DNA from: Pseudomonadota bacterium
GTDB taxonomy: Bacteria > Pseudomonadota > Alphaproteobacteria > Rhizobiales > Xanthobacteraceae
Length of the DNA: 64,000 nt
Direction: 5' to 3'
Assembly: GCA_018240595.1 (NCBI GenBank)
Contig: JAFEFL010000063.1
Coordinates: 172,701-236,700, forward strand
The position numbers were made by a program, and so were the translations under genes. Each line of letters begins with the position of its first letter. The stretch's first letter is position 1. Shown piece by piece: positions 20,309-31,324 of the stretch. The notes below the pieces were generated by a model. It ran no database searches, was not told where the DNA came from, and saw only the letters and a program-made list of their open reading frames with translations.

Positions 20309-21472
20309 ATGTCCACCTCCCCGACCGCCAACTGGAATTATCCGACGTCAGTGCGCTTCGGCGCCGGCCGCATCAAGGAACTGCCGCAGATCTGCAAGGA
20401 CCTCGGCTTCGCCAAGCCGTTGCTGGTGACCGATCCGTTCCTCGCCGCGCAGCCGATGACGCAGTCGGTCGTCACGGCGCTGCGCGATGCCGGACTCGGC
20501 GTTGGCGTGTTCTCCGACGTCAAGTCGAACCCGAACGATGCCAATGTCGAAGCCGGGCTCAAGGTGCTCAAAGCGGGCGGCCATGACAGCGTCATCGCCT
20601 TCGGCGGCGGCTCGGCGCTCGATGCCGGCAAGGTCATCGCCTTCATGGCCGGGCAGACGCGGCCGATGTGGGACTTCGAGGACATCGGGGACTGGTGGAC
20701 GCGCGCTGATCCCAAGGGCATCGCTCCGGTCATCGCCGTGCCGACCACCGCGGGCACCGGCTCGGAAGTCGGCCGCGCCGGTGTCATCACGCAGCAGGCG
20801 ACGCATTCGAAGAAGGTGATCTTCCATCCCGGCATGATGCCGAAGGTGACGGTCTGCGATGCCGAACTCACCGCCGGCATGCCGCCGAAGATCACCGCCG
20901 GCACCGGCATGGACGCGCTGGCGCATTGCCTCGAGGCCTATTGCTCGCCGTTCTATCATCCGATGGGCGACGGCATCGCCGTCGAAGGTGCGCGCCTCGC
21001 CAAGGAGTATCTGCCGCGCGCCTACGCGAACGGCAAGGATCTCGAAGCGCGCGCCCACATGATGTCGGCGGCGGCGATGGGTGCGACCGCGTTCCAGAAA
21101 GGCCTCGGTGCCATTCACGCGCTGTCCCATCCGATCGGCGCGCTATATGACACGCATCATGGCATGACCAACGCCGTGTTCATGCCCTACGTACTGGTGT
21201 TCAACCGCGCGGCGATCGACAGCAAGATCGCGCGGCTCGCCGCCTATCTTGGCCTGGCGCCGAACTTCGAGGCCTTCCTTGCCTGGGTCATGGATTTCCG
21301 CAAGACGCTCGGCGTGCCGCACACGCTGAAGGAATTCGGCGTCGATGAATCGAAATTCGATCTGGTGGCGAAGATGGCGCCGGACGATCCGACCGCCGGC
21401 GGCAATCCGGTGCCGTTGACCGAAGCGGCGGCGCGCGCGCTGCTCGACAAAGCCTATCGCGGCGAGGTCTGA
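20309..21472 (+). CDS. Iron-containing alcohol dehydrogenase
   Basis: FGGGSALDAGK, VPTTAGTGSE, GMDALAHCLE, HALSHP, HHG. Confidence 0.92.
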   Translation: MSTSPTANWNYPTSVRFGAGRIKELPQICKDLGFAKPLLVTDPFLAAQPMTQSVVTALRDAGLGVGVFSDVKSNPNDANVEAGLKVLKAGGHDSVIAFGGGSALDAGKVIAFMAGQTRPMWDFEDIGDWWTRADPKGIAPVIAVPTTAGTGSEVGRAGVITQQATHSKKVIFHPGMMPKVTVCDAELTAGMPPKITAGTGMDALAHCLEAYCSPFYHPMGDGIAVEGARLAKEYLPRAYANGKDLEARAHMMSAAAMGATAFQKGLGAIHALSHPIGALYDTHHGMTNAVFMPYVLVFNRAAIDSKIARLAAYLGLAPNFEAFLAWVMDFRKTLGVPHTLKEFGVDESKFDLVAKMAPDDPTAGGNPVPLTEAAARALLDKAYRGEV

Positions 21473-21479
21473 GACCTCG

Positions 21480-22298
21480 CTAGCGCTTGCTCTGCCGGCC
21501 GAACATCTGCGCCAGAGCGAGCAGCACGCTCGTGACCACGATCATGATCGTGGAAATCGCGGCGATGGTTGGGTCGATCTGATCGCGCAGCGCCGTGAAC
21601 ATGATGCGAGTCAGCGTCGAGTTGTCGCCGCCCGACACGAACAACGAGACGATCACTTCGTCGAACGACGTCAGGAACGACAGCACCGCCGCGGTTAGGA
21701 TCGCGAACTTGATCTGCGGCACCACCACCATGAAGAACGCGGAAACGCGCGAGGCGCCGAGGCTGCGGGCGACGCGCTCCTGATTCATGTCGAAACTCTT
21801 CAACGCCGACGTCACGATCATGATGACGACCGGAATCGCCAGAATGCTGTGCGCCAGCACGACGCCGATCAGCGAATTCACCATCTTGAGCCGGACATAG
21901 GCATAGAAGATGGCGGTGCCGACGAGGATGACCGGGATGACGATCGGCGTGATCAGAAGCAGCGACACCAACCGCGCCGTTGCCAGCTCCGCGTTGTACA
22001 AACCGTAGGCAGCGACCGTCCCGAGTGGCGTCGCGACGACGACGGTAACCGCCGCGGCCTTGAACGATGTCGCGGTCGCATGCATCCACGACCGTGACTG
22101 GAAATAGGCCTCATACCAGCGCAGCGACAAATGCCGCGGCGGAAACTCGAGATATTGCGACTCCGAGAACGACATCGGAATGACGATGAGCGTCGGCACG
22201 ATGAGGAAGGCGAACACGGCGGCGGCCAGCAAATAGAGCCAAAGCCGCGCGCCGTGGGTGATCTGCGTATCGCTGGCGGGTTTGCCGAGCCACGTCAT
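21480..22298 (-). CDS. ABC permease, PotC-like
   Basis: LIVPTLIVIPMSFS, EAA-like loop SLGASRVSAF, FLTSFDEVIVSLF. Confidence 0.88.
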   Translation of the reverse strand: MTWLGKPASDTQITHGARLWLYLLAAAVFAFLIVPTLIVIPMSFSESQYLEFPPRHLSLRWYEAYFQSRSWMHATATSFKAAAVTVVVATPLGTVAAYGLYNAELATARLVSLLLITPIVIPVILVGTAIFYAYVRLKMVNSLIGVVLAHSILAIPVVIMIVTSALKSFDMNQERVARSLGASRVSAFFMVVVPQIKFAILTAAVLSFLTSFDEVIVSLFVSGGDNSTLTRIMFTALRDQIDPTIAAISTIMIVVTSVLLALAQMFGRQSKR

Positions 22299-22300
22299 GA

Positions 22301-23206
22301 TCAGTGCCCAACACCGGTAACCGACAGGCCTTTCGTCAGCCGCGAAGCGATGCCCAGCAGGATGAGCGTCGACAACAGCAGCACCGCGCCCAGCGCGCTG
22401 GCCGACCCCCAGTTGAGGAACGTGTCGATGTCGGTGGCGATGCGGCTCGACACCATGATGACGCGGCCGCCGCCGAGGACTTCCGGCGTGACGTAGAAGC
22501 CGAGGCAGAGAATGAACACGACCAGCGCGCCTGCCGTCAGCCCCGGCAGCGACAATGGCAGGAACACGCGCCAGAAGCTTTGCACCGGGCTGGCGCCGAG
22601 ATTGGCTGCGGCCTGTACCAGCGTGCGGTCGATCGTCCGCATGCTGCCGTAGAGCGGCAGCACGATGAAGGGCAGCATGATGTGGACCATGCCGATCAAC
22701 GTGCCGGTCAGATTGTTGACCAGCGGCAACGGCTCCGACCACAGGCCAAGCTGCATGCCCCAGCTGTTGACCAGACCGGTGCGCTGCAACAGCACCAGCC
22801 ACGCATAGGTGCGCACCAGAAGCGACGTCCAGAACGGCAGCAGCACCAGGATCATGCACAGATTGGCGGCGCGCTGCGACAATTGCGACATGAAATACGC
22901 CAGCGGATAGCCGAGCACTGCGCAGATGCCGGTGGTGAGGATGCTGACCTTGAACGTCGTCCAGAAGATCCGCGCATAGGACGGCTGCTCGACAAGTCGC
23001 TGATAGTTGATCAGCGTCGCCGCGCCAGCGTCGGTGTAGAACGATAGATAGAATAGCCAGGCGATCGGCACGAGAAGGCACACGGCGACGAGCAGCAAGG
23101 CCGGCGCCGCAAGCGACAGCATGAGCCAGCGTTCGATGAGCCGGTCCTTGCGCAAGGCGGCGGCATGATCGTCGCCGAGAGGAGGAGATGCCGTCGACGC
23201 GTCCAT
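22301..23206 (-). CDS. ABC permease, PotB-like
   Basis: LLPFWTSLLVRTYAW, AAANLGASP, FYVTPEVLGG. Confidence 0.9.
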   Translation of the reverse strand: MDASTASPPLGDDHAAALRKDRLIERWLMLSLAAPALLLVAVCLLVPIAWLFYLSFYTDAGAATLINYQRLVEQPSYARIFWTTFKVSILTTGICAVLGYPLAYFMSQLSQRAANLCMILVLLPFWTSLLVRTYAWLVLLQRTGLVNSWGMQLGLWSEPLPLVNNLTGTLIGMVHIMLPFIVLPLYGSMRTIDRTLVQAAANLGASPVQSFWRVFLPLSLPGLTAGALVVFILCLGFYVTPEVLGGGRVIMVSSRIATDIDTFLNWGSASALGAVLLLSTLILLGIASRLTKGLSVTGVGH

Positions 23207-23213
23207 GGCCGGC

Positions 23214-24293
23214 TCACCTTGCGTCCGGCAACAGCGTCGTGTCGGCGACGGACAGGCCGAGCGTGATCGGGCCGCCGTCCGCCGGCACAGATCCGAGCCC
23301 TGCGGCGCTGGCCGGCACGCGCAGCGTGATGGCGTCGCCGCCGCCGAGATCGATCTCGATGCGCAGCGTATCGCCCTGAAACACCCGGCTGACGATGCGG
23401 CCGCTGAAGCGATTCATGCCGTCGGACGGGGCGCCGCCGATGATCTGCACCTGCTCGGGCCGAATCATCAATTGGCAGCGGCCGTCGCGCGGCGCCGCAG
23501 CGCCGGTCTGGATGACGGTGTCGCGGTAGCGGCAGACGCCGCCGCTCACCGTGACATTGAGGAAGGCGGACTCGCCGATGAACTCGGCGACGAAGCGGTT
23601 GTTCGGCCTGGCGTAGATGTTGCGCGGCGTGTCGAGTTGCGCCAGCGTGCCCTTGTTGATCACGGCGATGCGGTCGGACATCGTCAGCGCCTCGCGCTGG
23701 TCGTGCGTCACGTAGATCGTCGTGGTGCCGAGCTTCTCATGCAGGCGGCGCAATTCGAGCTGCATCAGTTCGCGCAGTTGCTTGTCGAGCGCCGACAGTG
23801 GCTCGTCCATCAGGATGATGCGCGGCTCGAACACGAGAGCGCGGGCGAGCGCGACACGCTGGCGCTGGCCGCCGGACAATTCGTGGATGCCGCGCGCACC
23901 ATAGCCGCCGAGTTGCACCATCTCGAGCGCCGCTTCGACGCGCCTGGCGGTGTCGGCGGCGTTTACTTTGCGCAGCCGCAGGGGAAAGGCGATGTTGCCC
24001 GCGACGTTCATGTGCGGAAACAGCGCGTAGTTCTGGAACACCATGCCGAGGTCGCGCTTCTGCGGCGCGAGGCGGATGACTTCCCGGGAGCCGAACAGGA
24101 TGCTGCCGGAATCCGGCCGGGTGAAACCGGCGAGCACCATCAGCAGCGTCGTCTTGCCGGAGCCGGACGGGCCAAGCAGCGTCAGAAATTCTCCGGCCTG
24201 AACGTGCAGATCGACCCGATCGAGCACGGCAACGGCGCCGTAGGATTTGCTGACCTGCCGGACATGAATGTCGAGTGCCGATGCGGATGCCAT
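23214..24293 (-). CDS. ABC ATPase, PotA-like
   Basis: GPSGSGKTT, LSGGQRQR, MDEPLSALD, YVTHDQREA, C-terminal TOBE region. Confidence 0.92.
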   Translation of the reverse strand: MASASALDIHVRQVSKSYGAVAVLDRVDLHVQAGEFLTLLGPSGSGKTTLLMVLAGFTRPDSGSILFGSREVIRLAPQKRDLGMVFQNYALFPHMNVAGNIAFPLRLRKVNAADTARRVEAALEMVQLGGYGARGIHELSGGQRQRVALARALVFEPRIILMDEPLSALDKQLRELMQLELRRLHEKLGTTTIYVTHDQREALTMSDRIAVINKGTLAQLDTPRNIYARPNNRFVAEFIGESAFLNVTVSGGVCRYRDTVIQTGAAAPRDGRCQLMIRPEQVQIIGGAPSDGMNRFSGRIVSRVFQGDTLRIEIDLGGGDAITLRVPASAAGLGSVPADGGPITLGLSVADTTLLPDAR

Positions 24294-24329
24294 AGAGAGC
24301 GCGACTGCCGTCTGTTCTCGGGAGCGGCC

Positions 24330-24358
24330 GGCCGGGGCACCGTGAAGATGCCCCGGCC
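24330..24358. terminator. 10-bp hairpin between SBP and ATPase genes (partial terminator or mRNA stabiliser)
   Basis: GGCCGGGGCA-N9-TGCCCCGGCC just 3' of the SBP stop. Confidence 0.55.
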
Positions 24359-24365
24359 TGCCCTG

Positions 24366-25421
24366 TTACTCGGTTAGCATATTCTGATAGGCGGCGGCCG
24401 CCTTCTCTTCGTTCTTGATGTACCAATCAAGATCGATCGTGAGTTCGTCCTTCACGTTGTCGGGATGCGACGGCAGCTTCTTGGCATAGGAAGGCTCGAT
24501 GGCGCCGATCTCGTAGGCTTTCTTGTTGGTCGGCCCGTAGGTGATGTACTTGGTGAACTCCGCCTGGTACTGCGGCTTGGAGATCTCGGCCAGGAACTTC
24601 ATCGCCAGATCCTTGTGCGGCGCGCCCTTCGGGATGGCGTAGCAGTCATAGTCGAGCAGCGCCTGGTTGAAGGTATAGGCGACCTTGCCGCCGTCCTTGG
24701 CGACCACATCGAAACGGCCGTTCCAGCCGGTGATCATATCGACTTCGCCGTCCTTCATGAGCTGGGCATGCTGCGCGCCCGACGACCACCAGACGCTGAT
24801 GTTGGGCTTGAGCTCCTTGATCTTCTTGATCGCGCGCTCGATGCCACCCGGCGACGACAGAACCTCGTAGACCTTGTTCGGCGGCACACCGTCGGCCATC
24901 AGCGCCGGCTCGAGCGCGCCGGCGACACCCTTGCGGTACGACCGCTTGCCGGGGAATTTCTTGACGTCCCAGAAGTCGGCCCAGGATTTCGGATGATTGT
25001 CGCCGTAGGTCTTGGTGTTCCAGGCCATCACCGTCGAGAACACATCGCCGCCGACGCAATAGTCCTGGGCGGTGTTCGGCACGAAGTTCGAACGGTCGAT
25101 GACATTGTAATCGAGCTTCTCAAGGAAACCGCCGGCGCCGGCGCGCGCCGCGCTGCCCGAGCCGCTGGCCACGACGTCCCAGGTCACGGCGCCGGCCTTC
25201 ACCTTGACCACCGCATCGGAAATGCTGGTGTAGGTCTCTTCCTTGATCTTGATGCCGAGCGCCTTGGCCGCCGGCTGGAACAGCGCCTTGCTCTGCGCCT
25301 CCTGATAGGAGCCGCCGAAGGAAACGACGGTCAGCTCCTGCGCGCCGGCCGCCGCGGCGAACAGGCCGGCAGTGAAGACGGCCAATGAAGCGATGCCTAG
25401 TCTGGATCGATTGCTCGTCAT
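24366..25421 (-). CDS. ABC substrate-binding protein, PotD/PotF-like family
   Basis: Signal peptide; LTVVSFGGSYQEAQ, WADFWDVKKFPGKR, WNGR. Confidence 0.88.
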   Translation of the reverse strand: MTSNRSRLGIASLAVFTAGLFAAAAGAQELTVVSFGGSYQEAQSKALFQPAAKALGIKIKEETYTSISDAVVKVKAGAVTWDVVASGSGSAARAGAGGFLEKLDYNVIDRSNFVPNTAQDYCVGGDVFSTVMAWNTKTYGDNHPKSWADFWDVKKFPGKRSYRKGVAGALEPALMADGVPPNKVYEVLSSPGGIERAIKKIKELKPNISVWWSSGAQHAQLMKDGEVDMITGWNGRFDVVAKDGGKVAYTFNQALLDYDCYAIPKGAPHKDLAMKFLAEISKPQYQAEFTKYITYGPTNKKAYEIGAIEPSYAKKLPSHPDNVKDELTIDLDWYIKNEEKAAAAYQNMLTE

Positions 25422-25609
25422 TACGTGCTCCTCACCCTGGACATGATTGTCAGCCCGGGTTTTCAGGGGCGACCGTTGCTTGATTGGTCTTATCGCCGAC
25501 CCTAAACCCATACCGTATCGGTCCTTATTCCCTGCCGACGCAGAAGAGCCAATCTGGAAATAGGAGGGGTCCACTCCCCGGCCGGATGCCGGCGCGGGAC
25601 CGTCATGTT

Positions 25610-26905
25610 TCACCCGTTTCGGTCGCGCCAGCGATAGTACAGAACCGACGGCGCCAAAAACCAAGGGTTGCCGGTGTAAAATGGCCGCGTCTGGAACGAT
25701 AAGTCATCGAACGCGGTGCGGCCCTCGCCGAGCCCCAGCACCTTCTGGCCGAGCCGCATGCCGCAATAGCTCGCCATGCCGACCCCGGACCCACAATAGC
25801 CCATGGCGTAATACAGGCCGTCGCGCCGGCCGATATGCATGAGTTCGTCGAAGGTGTAGGCGATAAAGCCGCACCAGGAATGGCTGATCTTCGTCGCCGC
25901 CAGTTGCGGGAAAATGCCGACCATGTCGGCGTGCAGCTTGGGACCGCTGAGCTTCGGATCGGTCTCGCTCAGCGACACGCGGCCGCCGAACAGGATGCGG
26001 CGGCGATCCGGCGAGGCGCGATAGTAGTACACGACCTTGCGGGTATCGCTGACGATACGGTTCTGCGGAATCAGTTCATCGACCAGCGCGCGGTCAAGCA
26101 TCTCCGTGGCGATGACGTAGCTGCCGATGGGAATGACGCGCCGCTGCAGCCACGGCGTCAGACCGCCGGTGTAACCGTTGGTGGCAACGACAACGTCGCG
26201 CGCATCGACAGTGCCGCGCGGCGTCTTGACGATAAAACGCTCGCCATCGCGGTCGATCGACAGCGCCGGGCAATGGGCGACGATCTCGGCGCCGGCGGAC
26301 ATGGCGAGGTCGAGCAGGCCCTGATGATAACGCGCCGGGTCGATCGAGGCATGCTGCTCGTACACCGCGCCGCCGAAATAACCGTCGGACCCGATCTCGC
26401 GGCGCTGCTCGCTGCGCGGCACCATGTGCGCGGCGACCTCGAGGCCCTTGGGCTGGTGCTTCACCGCTGCCGCCAGCTCCTCGTATTGCTTGGCATTGTG
26501 CGCGGCATGAAAGCGGCCGACGACGCCGAAATCGCAATCCAGACCATTGTCTCGGACAAAGTCGGCCATGAAGCTCAAGGAGTTGCGGCCCTCCTTGAGG
26601 ATATCGAAGGCACGTCGCGGGCCGTGCCGGCGCGCCAGTGCATCGTAAGACGGCTTGATGCTGGTGGAGATCTGGCCGCCGTTGCGTGTGCTGCAGCCGA
26701 AACCGGCCGCCTCGGCGTCGATCACCACCGTATGCCGGCCGCCGCGCGCCGTCTGAATCGCCGCGTGCAGGCCGGTGTAACCGGAGCCGATGACCAGCAC
26801 GTCGGCGCGCGCCGGCGGCGACTTGCCTGCAAGGTCGGGCCGCGGCACATGGTCCCACCAATACGGCGCCGGTTTAAAGTCATCGCTGAAGAGTGCTGCG
26901 CTCAC
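25610..26905 (-). CDS. FAD-dependent oxidoreductase (DadA/PuuB-like)
   Basis: GTG start; YWW; DVLVIGSGYTGL Rossmann motif; STRNGG; GYCGSGV. Confidence 0.88.
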   Translation of the reverse strand: MSAALFSDDFKPAPYWWDHVPRPDLAGKSPPARADVLVIGSGYTGLHAAIQTARGGRHTVVIDAEAAGFGCSTRNGGQISTSIKPSYDALARRHGPRRAFDILKEGRNSLSFMADFVRDNGLDCDFGVVGRFHAAHNAKQYEELAAAVKHQPKGLEVAAHMVPRSEQRREIGSDGYFGGAVYEQHASIDPARYHQGLLDLAMSAGAEIVAHCPALSIDRDGERFIVKTPRGTVDARDVVVATNGYTGGLTPWLQRRVIPIGSYVIATEMLDRALVDELIPQNRIVSDTRKVVYYYRASPDRRRILFGGRVSLSETDPKLSGPKLHADMVGIFPQLAATKISHSWCGFIAYTFDELMHIGRRDGLYYAMGYCGSGVGMASYCGMRLGQKVLGLGEGRTAFDDLSFQTRPFYTGNPWFLAPSVLYYRWRDRNG

Positions 26906-26925
26906 GTGACCGGCCTCGCTTGTCG

Positions 26926-28419
26926 TCAAATGCGTGCGACGACGCTTTTCAGTTTGCAATAGCTGCGCAGGCCCGCCATGCCTTTTTCGCGGCCGAAACC
27001 CGATTTCCGGTTGCCGCCGAAGGGCACTTCGATACCACCCGCGAACCATTCATTGATGAACACTTGCCCGGCATCGACATCGCGGGCAAAGCGCAACGCC
27101 TGGGTGATATTCTTCGAATAGATGCCGGCGACCAGGGCATAAGGCGTCGCATTCGCGGCGATGAGCGCCTCGTCGGGGCCGTCGACGACCTGCACTGTCA
27201 GCACCGGCCCGAAGATTTCCTCCTGGACAAGAGGATCGGCCGTGCCGCGCGCTTCGATGATCGTCGGCTCGTAGAACCAGCCATCGGCGGTTGCCTCGGA
27301 TTTTGCGATCGCGGCACCGGTATACACACAATTGCCCGCAGCAACGGCGCGCCGAACATGACCATCAATCGTTTCGAGTTGCCGCAGCGAATTGACCGGG
27401 CCGAGATCGGGATTGGTCAGACCATGGCCGATCCGCAATTTCTTCACCCGCGCCGTGAGCCGGCTCATGAAGTCGACGGCAATGGAGCAATCGAGGATAA
27501 GGCGCGAGCCCGCCGAGCAGATCTGGCCGGCATTCTCGTAGATCGCCTCCATCACACCGTTGATGGCGACGTCCATGTCGCAGTCGGCGAGTACGACCAG
27601 CGGCGACTTGCCGCCCAATTCGAGCACCAGCCGGGTCACATGATCCGCGGCGGCGCACATGACGCGCTTGCCGGTCTCGACTGAGCCGGTGAAGGTGATG
27701 TGGTCGATGCCCGGATGGGCAACCAGCGGCGCCCCGGCCTGGGCGCCCGTCCCGGTGACCACGTTCAGCACGCCCTCGGGCAGGCCAGCCTTGTGGAGCA
27801 GTTCTGCCAGCATCAGGGCGGTGAACGGTGTCTGCTCGGCCGGCTTCGCCACGACCGTGCAGCCAGCCGCCAAGGCGGGCGCAATGCCGCGGGCGGCGGT
27901 CGATAAAGGGTAATTCCACGGAATCACCTGGGCGGCGACGCCGATCGGCTCCTCGGTGGTGAAACCGACATAGTTGCGGCCGAGCGGCAGGCTGTCGCCG
28001 TGCAGCTTGTCGGCGGCGCCGGCGTAATATTCGAAGGCGCGGGCCACGCCGCGTAGATCGCCTTCGGCCTCGGTGAGGCGCTTGCCGCTATCGAGACTTT
28101 CGACCACCGTAAAGCGATGGGCGCGCTCGCGCAGCAGCGCAGCGGCCCTCCCCAGGATGCGGCCGCGCTCGGCCGGTCCCATCTGCCGCCATGGGCCCTG
28201 CAGCGCCGATCTTGCCGCCGCAACCGCGGCATCGACATCTGCCGCGTCACCGGCCGCGAAACTGGCGAAGGCCCGGCCACGACCAGGATCGAAGCTCTCC
28301 ATCATCTGGCCAGCCATTGGCGCGACGAAACGGCCTTCGATGAAGTGCCCTTGCGGCAGCCCCTTCAGCCTGCCGGTTGTCAGGACTTCCGCGACCAATG
28401 CGTCGGCCGCGCCGCTCAT
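26926..28419 (-). CDS. Aldehyde dehydrogenase
   Basis: [40 protein letters not shown]. Confidence 0.92.
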   Translation of the reverse strand: MSGAADALVAEVLTTGRLKGLPQGHFIEGRFVAPMAGQMMESFDPGRGRAFASFAAGDAADVDAAVAAARSALQGPWRQMGPAERGRILGRAAALLRERAHRFTVVESLDSGKRLTEAEGDLRGVARAFEYYAGAADKLHGDSLPLGRNYVGFTTEEPIGVAAQVIPWNYPLSTAARGIAPALAAGCTVVAKPAEQTPFTALMLAELLHKAGLPEGVLNVVTGTGAQAGAPLVAHPGIDHITFTGSVETGKRVMCAAADHVTRLVLELGGKSPLVVLADCDMDVAINGVMEAIYENAGQICSAGSRLILDCSIAVDFMSRLTARVKKLRIGHGLTNPDLGPVNSLRQLETIDGHVRRAVAAGNCVYTGAAIAKSEATADGWFYEPTIIEARGTADPLVQEEIFGPVLTVQVVDGPDEALIAANATPYALVAGIYSKNITQALRFARDVDAGQVFINEWFAGGIEVPFGGNRKSGFGREKGMAGLRSYCKLKSVVARI

Positions 28420-29519
28420 GGCCGCTCGCTCGCTTTGTAGTCGGCGGTTTCCAGCCAGGCCGGGTTGATCTCGATGCCCCATCCCGGACCGCTGGGAATG
28501 TCGACCATGCCATTCCTGGCGCGCAACGGATTGCGCAGCAGGCCTCGCTCCCATGGGTAGTAGTCCTCACCCTCGATGGAGAACTCGACATAGGGCCCGG
28601 CATTGGGGAGCGCGCCCATAATGTGCAATGTGAACGTGGTGACCAGGGATTGATTGGCCGAATGCGGCGTCATCGGCAGGCCCGCCGCCGCGGCCCAGCG
28701 CGCCACCTTCAGCATGCGCGACACGCCACCGAGATAACAGACGTCCGGCTGGACCACATCGACGACCTTGTTGTCGATGATGTAGCGCCACAAGGTCAGG
28801 TCGCAATCCTGTTCGCCGCCGGTGACGTCGAGGCTCAGCGCCGCCCGGACCTCCGCCGTCCACTTGTGCTCCCAATAGGGGCACGGTTCCTCGAAATGAA
28901 CGACGCCGTAATCCTGCAACATGCCGCCGACTTCGATCGCCTTGGCCGGCGTGTAGGCGCTGTTGCCATCGACCAGCAGCCGCGCCTTGTCGCCAAGCGC
29001 CGCGCGCACCTGCGGCACGATGGCGTCGGTGCGCCCCGGCCATTCGTCGACGTCATGGCCGCATTCCTTGCCGACGCGAAACTTGAAGGCGGTGTAGCCG
29101 AATTCGCCCTGCAGGCGCTTGAGCCGTTCGGCCTCGGCTTCCGGCGTAATCTCGCCGCGCTTCATGCTCGAGGCGTAGACCGGGAACGGACGCGGCGTGC
29201 CGCCGAGCAGTTCGCAGACGCTCTTCTTTTCGATCCGCCCACGCAAATCCCACAGCGCGGTGTCGAGACCGGTGAGAGCGCGAAAGAGATACGATCCCGG
29301 AAACTTGTGCTCGCGCTCGGGGATGGTTTCGACAAGCCCGTCAATGTCGAAGGCATCAGCCCCCAGCGACCAGGGCGCGATCTGCCGATGGAAGACCGCC
29401 GCGGTGATATCGGCATTGTAGGGCGAGAATTGCCCCCAGCCCTGCGCACCACTCTCCGTCGTCACGCGGACGAAGCCAATGTAATTGTTGGAGAAGGTCT
29501 CGAGCTTCGTAATCTTCAT
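28416..29519 (-). CDS. Mandelate racemase/muconate-lactonizing enzyme family (enolase superfamily), substrate unknown
   Basis: [36 protein letters not shown] motifs. Confidence 0.88.
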   Translation of the reverse strand: MKITKLETFSNNYIGFVRVTTESGAQGWGQFSPYNADITAAVFHRQIAPWSLGADAFDIDGLVETIPEREHKFPGSYLFRALTGLDTALWDLRGRIEKKSVCELLGGTPRPFPVYASSMKRGEITPEAEAERLKRLQGEFGYTAFKFRVGKECGHDVDEWPGRTDAIVPQVRAALGDKARLLVDGNSAYTPAKAIEVGGMLQDYGVVHFEEPCPYWEHKWTAEVRAALSLDVTGGEQDCDLTLWRYIIDNKVVDVVQPDVCYLGGVSRMLKVARWAAAAGLPMTPHSANQSLVTTFTLHIMGALPNAGPYVEFSIEGEDYYPWERGLLRNPLRARNGMVDIPSGPGWGIEINPAWLETADYKASERP

Positions 29520-29709
29520 CGGCTTCGTCACCTGATGGCACCGCGGAGCGGCGGCGCAAGCGCGCCAGCGCTCATCGTCCGCCCTTCCGCCTGTTTTTTA
29601 GAGTTGAAATGGCCTGCTCTTAAGGTCCATTCTGGTGGAATAAGAAGGCCACTCCGCCCGCGGCGGCAAAGCTGGCCCGATCGTCCAACAAGCGATGTGG
29701 GGAGTCTGA

Positions 29710-31212
29710 GTGGTCAAGCGGGCGGGAGGCGCGTTACTTCAGTCGATCGCCATCGATCGCGAGGCCGCGCACGGCCTGAGCGTCCAGATTTGCGCGCACC
29801 TGCGCGAGTTCATCCTGTCCGGCGCGCTCAAGGCGGGCGGTCGGCTGCCCTCGACCCGCACCCTGGCCAACGAACTCAAGGTCGCCCGCGCCACCATCGT
29901 CGAGTGCTTCGACCAGTTGGCCGCCGAAGGGCTGATCGAGTCGCGCGTCGGCGCCGGCACCTATGTCAGCGAAGCGCTCAAGCATGAGCGGCTGCCGGTG
30001 GTAACGCAAAAGCCCGTGGTGTCGGAAAAGAGTGCACGGCTGGCGCAATCGATGGCCTCCGCGACCAGCCGGTTCGTGCCGCGGCTGGTGCATGAGCCGC
30101 GCGCTTTCACCACCGCCATTCCCGCCTACGACGCCTTTCCGATGGCGCAATGGGCGCGGCTCTCCGGCAAGCACTGGCGCGAGGCGCGCAAGGACGTGCT
30201 CGGTTACCCCGACCCGCACGGTCACGACCTGCTGCGCAAGGCCATCGCCGATCATCTGCGTATCAACCGCGGCATCCGCTGCGACTGGCAGCAGATCTTC
30301 ATCGTCGCCGGCGCGCAGCAGGCCTTCCAGCTCATCGCCTCGACCCTGATCGATCCCGGCGACAAGGTCTGGTTCGAGGATCCCGGCGCCATTGGCGCAC
30401 GCAACAGCTTCGTCGTTTCCGGCGCCGACCTGGTGCCGGTCCGCGTCGATGACGACGGCCTCGACGTCGATGACGGCCTGCGCAAGGCGCCCGATTTCCG
30501 GCTCGCCTTCGTGACGCCGTCGCATCAGCAGCCGCTCGGCGTGAGCATGGCGCTGGAACGCCGCGTCGCCCTGCTCGGCGCCGCGGAGCAGCGCGGCGCC
30601 TGGATCATCGAGGACGACTGGGACGGCGAGTTCTGCTTCTCCGGCATGCCGATGCCGCCCTTGCAGAGCATGGATCAGGGCGGCCGCGTTATCTATGTCG
30701 GCTCGTTCTCGAAATCGCTTTTTCCGTCGCTGCGGCTCGGTTTCATCCTGGCGCCGCCGGCGCTGACCGAGCATTTTCAGACCAGCCTCGAAGCCTTCCT
30801 GCCCGGCGTGCCGACGGCGATCCAGGCGATCGTCGCCGACTTCATCGTCGAAGGCCATTTCGCCACGCATATCCGCCGCATGCGCAAGGTCTATCACGAG
30901 CGCTACCAGGCGCTGTTTCAGGGCGTTCGGCAGCATCTTGGCGATTATCTCGACATCAGGCCGACCGCCACCGGCATGCACACGGTGGCCTATCTGGCGC
31001 CGGGTCTGAATGCCGAAATGATCGCCAAACGCGCGGCCGAACGCGGCCTGACGCTGACGCCGATCGGCCGCTTCTGCATCGCGCCGAACGATCGCCAGGG
31101 CTTCGCCCTCGGCTTCAGCGGCTTCTCGACCGCGCAGATCGAGACGGCGATCCGGTCGCTCAAGGATGTCTTCGTCGATCTTGTGCCCGCGGTCCGTGCC
31201 AAATCGGCATGA
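29710..31212 (+). CDS. MocR/GabR-type PLP-dependent GntR regulator
   Basis: RLPSTRTLANELKVARATI…GAGTYV; IIEDDWDGEF; GSFSKSLFPSLRLG; divergent from the enolase-family gene. Confidence 0.92.
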   Translation: MVKRAGGALLQSIAIDREAAHGLSVQICAHLREFILSGALKAGGRLPSTRTLANELKVARATIVECFDQLAAEGLIESRVGAGTYVSEALKHERLPVVTQKPVVSEKSARLAQSMASATSRFVPRLVHEPRAFTTAIPAYDAFPMAQWARLSGKHWREARKDVLGYPDPHGHDLLRKAIADHLRINRGIRCDWQQIFIVAGAQQAFQLIASTLIDPGDKVWFEDPGAIGARNSFVVSGADLVPVRVDDDGLDVDDGLRKAPDFRLAFVTPSHQQPLGVSMALERRVALLGAAEQRGAWIIEDDWDGEFCFSGMPMPPLQSMDQGGRVIYVGSFSKSLFPSLRLGFILAPPALTEHFQTSLEAFLPGVPTAIQAIVADFIVEGHFATHIRRMRKVYHERYQALFQGVRQHLGDYLDIRPTATGMHTVAYLAPGLNAEMIAKRAAERGLTLTPIGRFCIAPNDRQGFALGFSGFSTAQIETAIRSLKDVFVDLVPAVRAKSA

Positions 31213-31324
31213 GCTTGGGCCGGCATGACCAGTACCGGCCATTGGTCCGACGCTAAGGCGAGAATGGACCTCTGCAGCCGCCGCCGGCCTGCCTAAAGTC
31301 GCGCACGCGACGGAGGACTGCCGC

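Noticed and set aside
21480-25421. Gene symbols potABCD
   Set aside because: Family-level similarity only; the substrate is not demonstrable from sequence.
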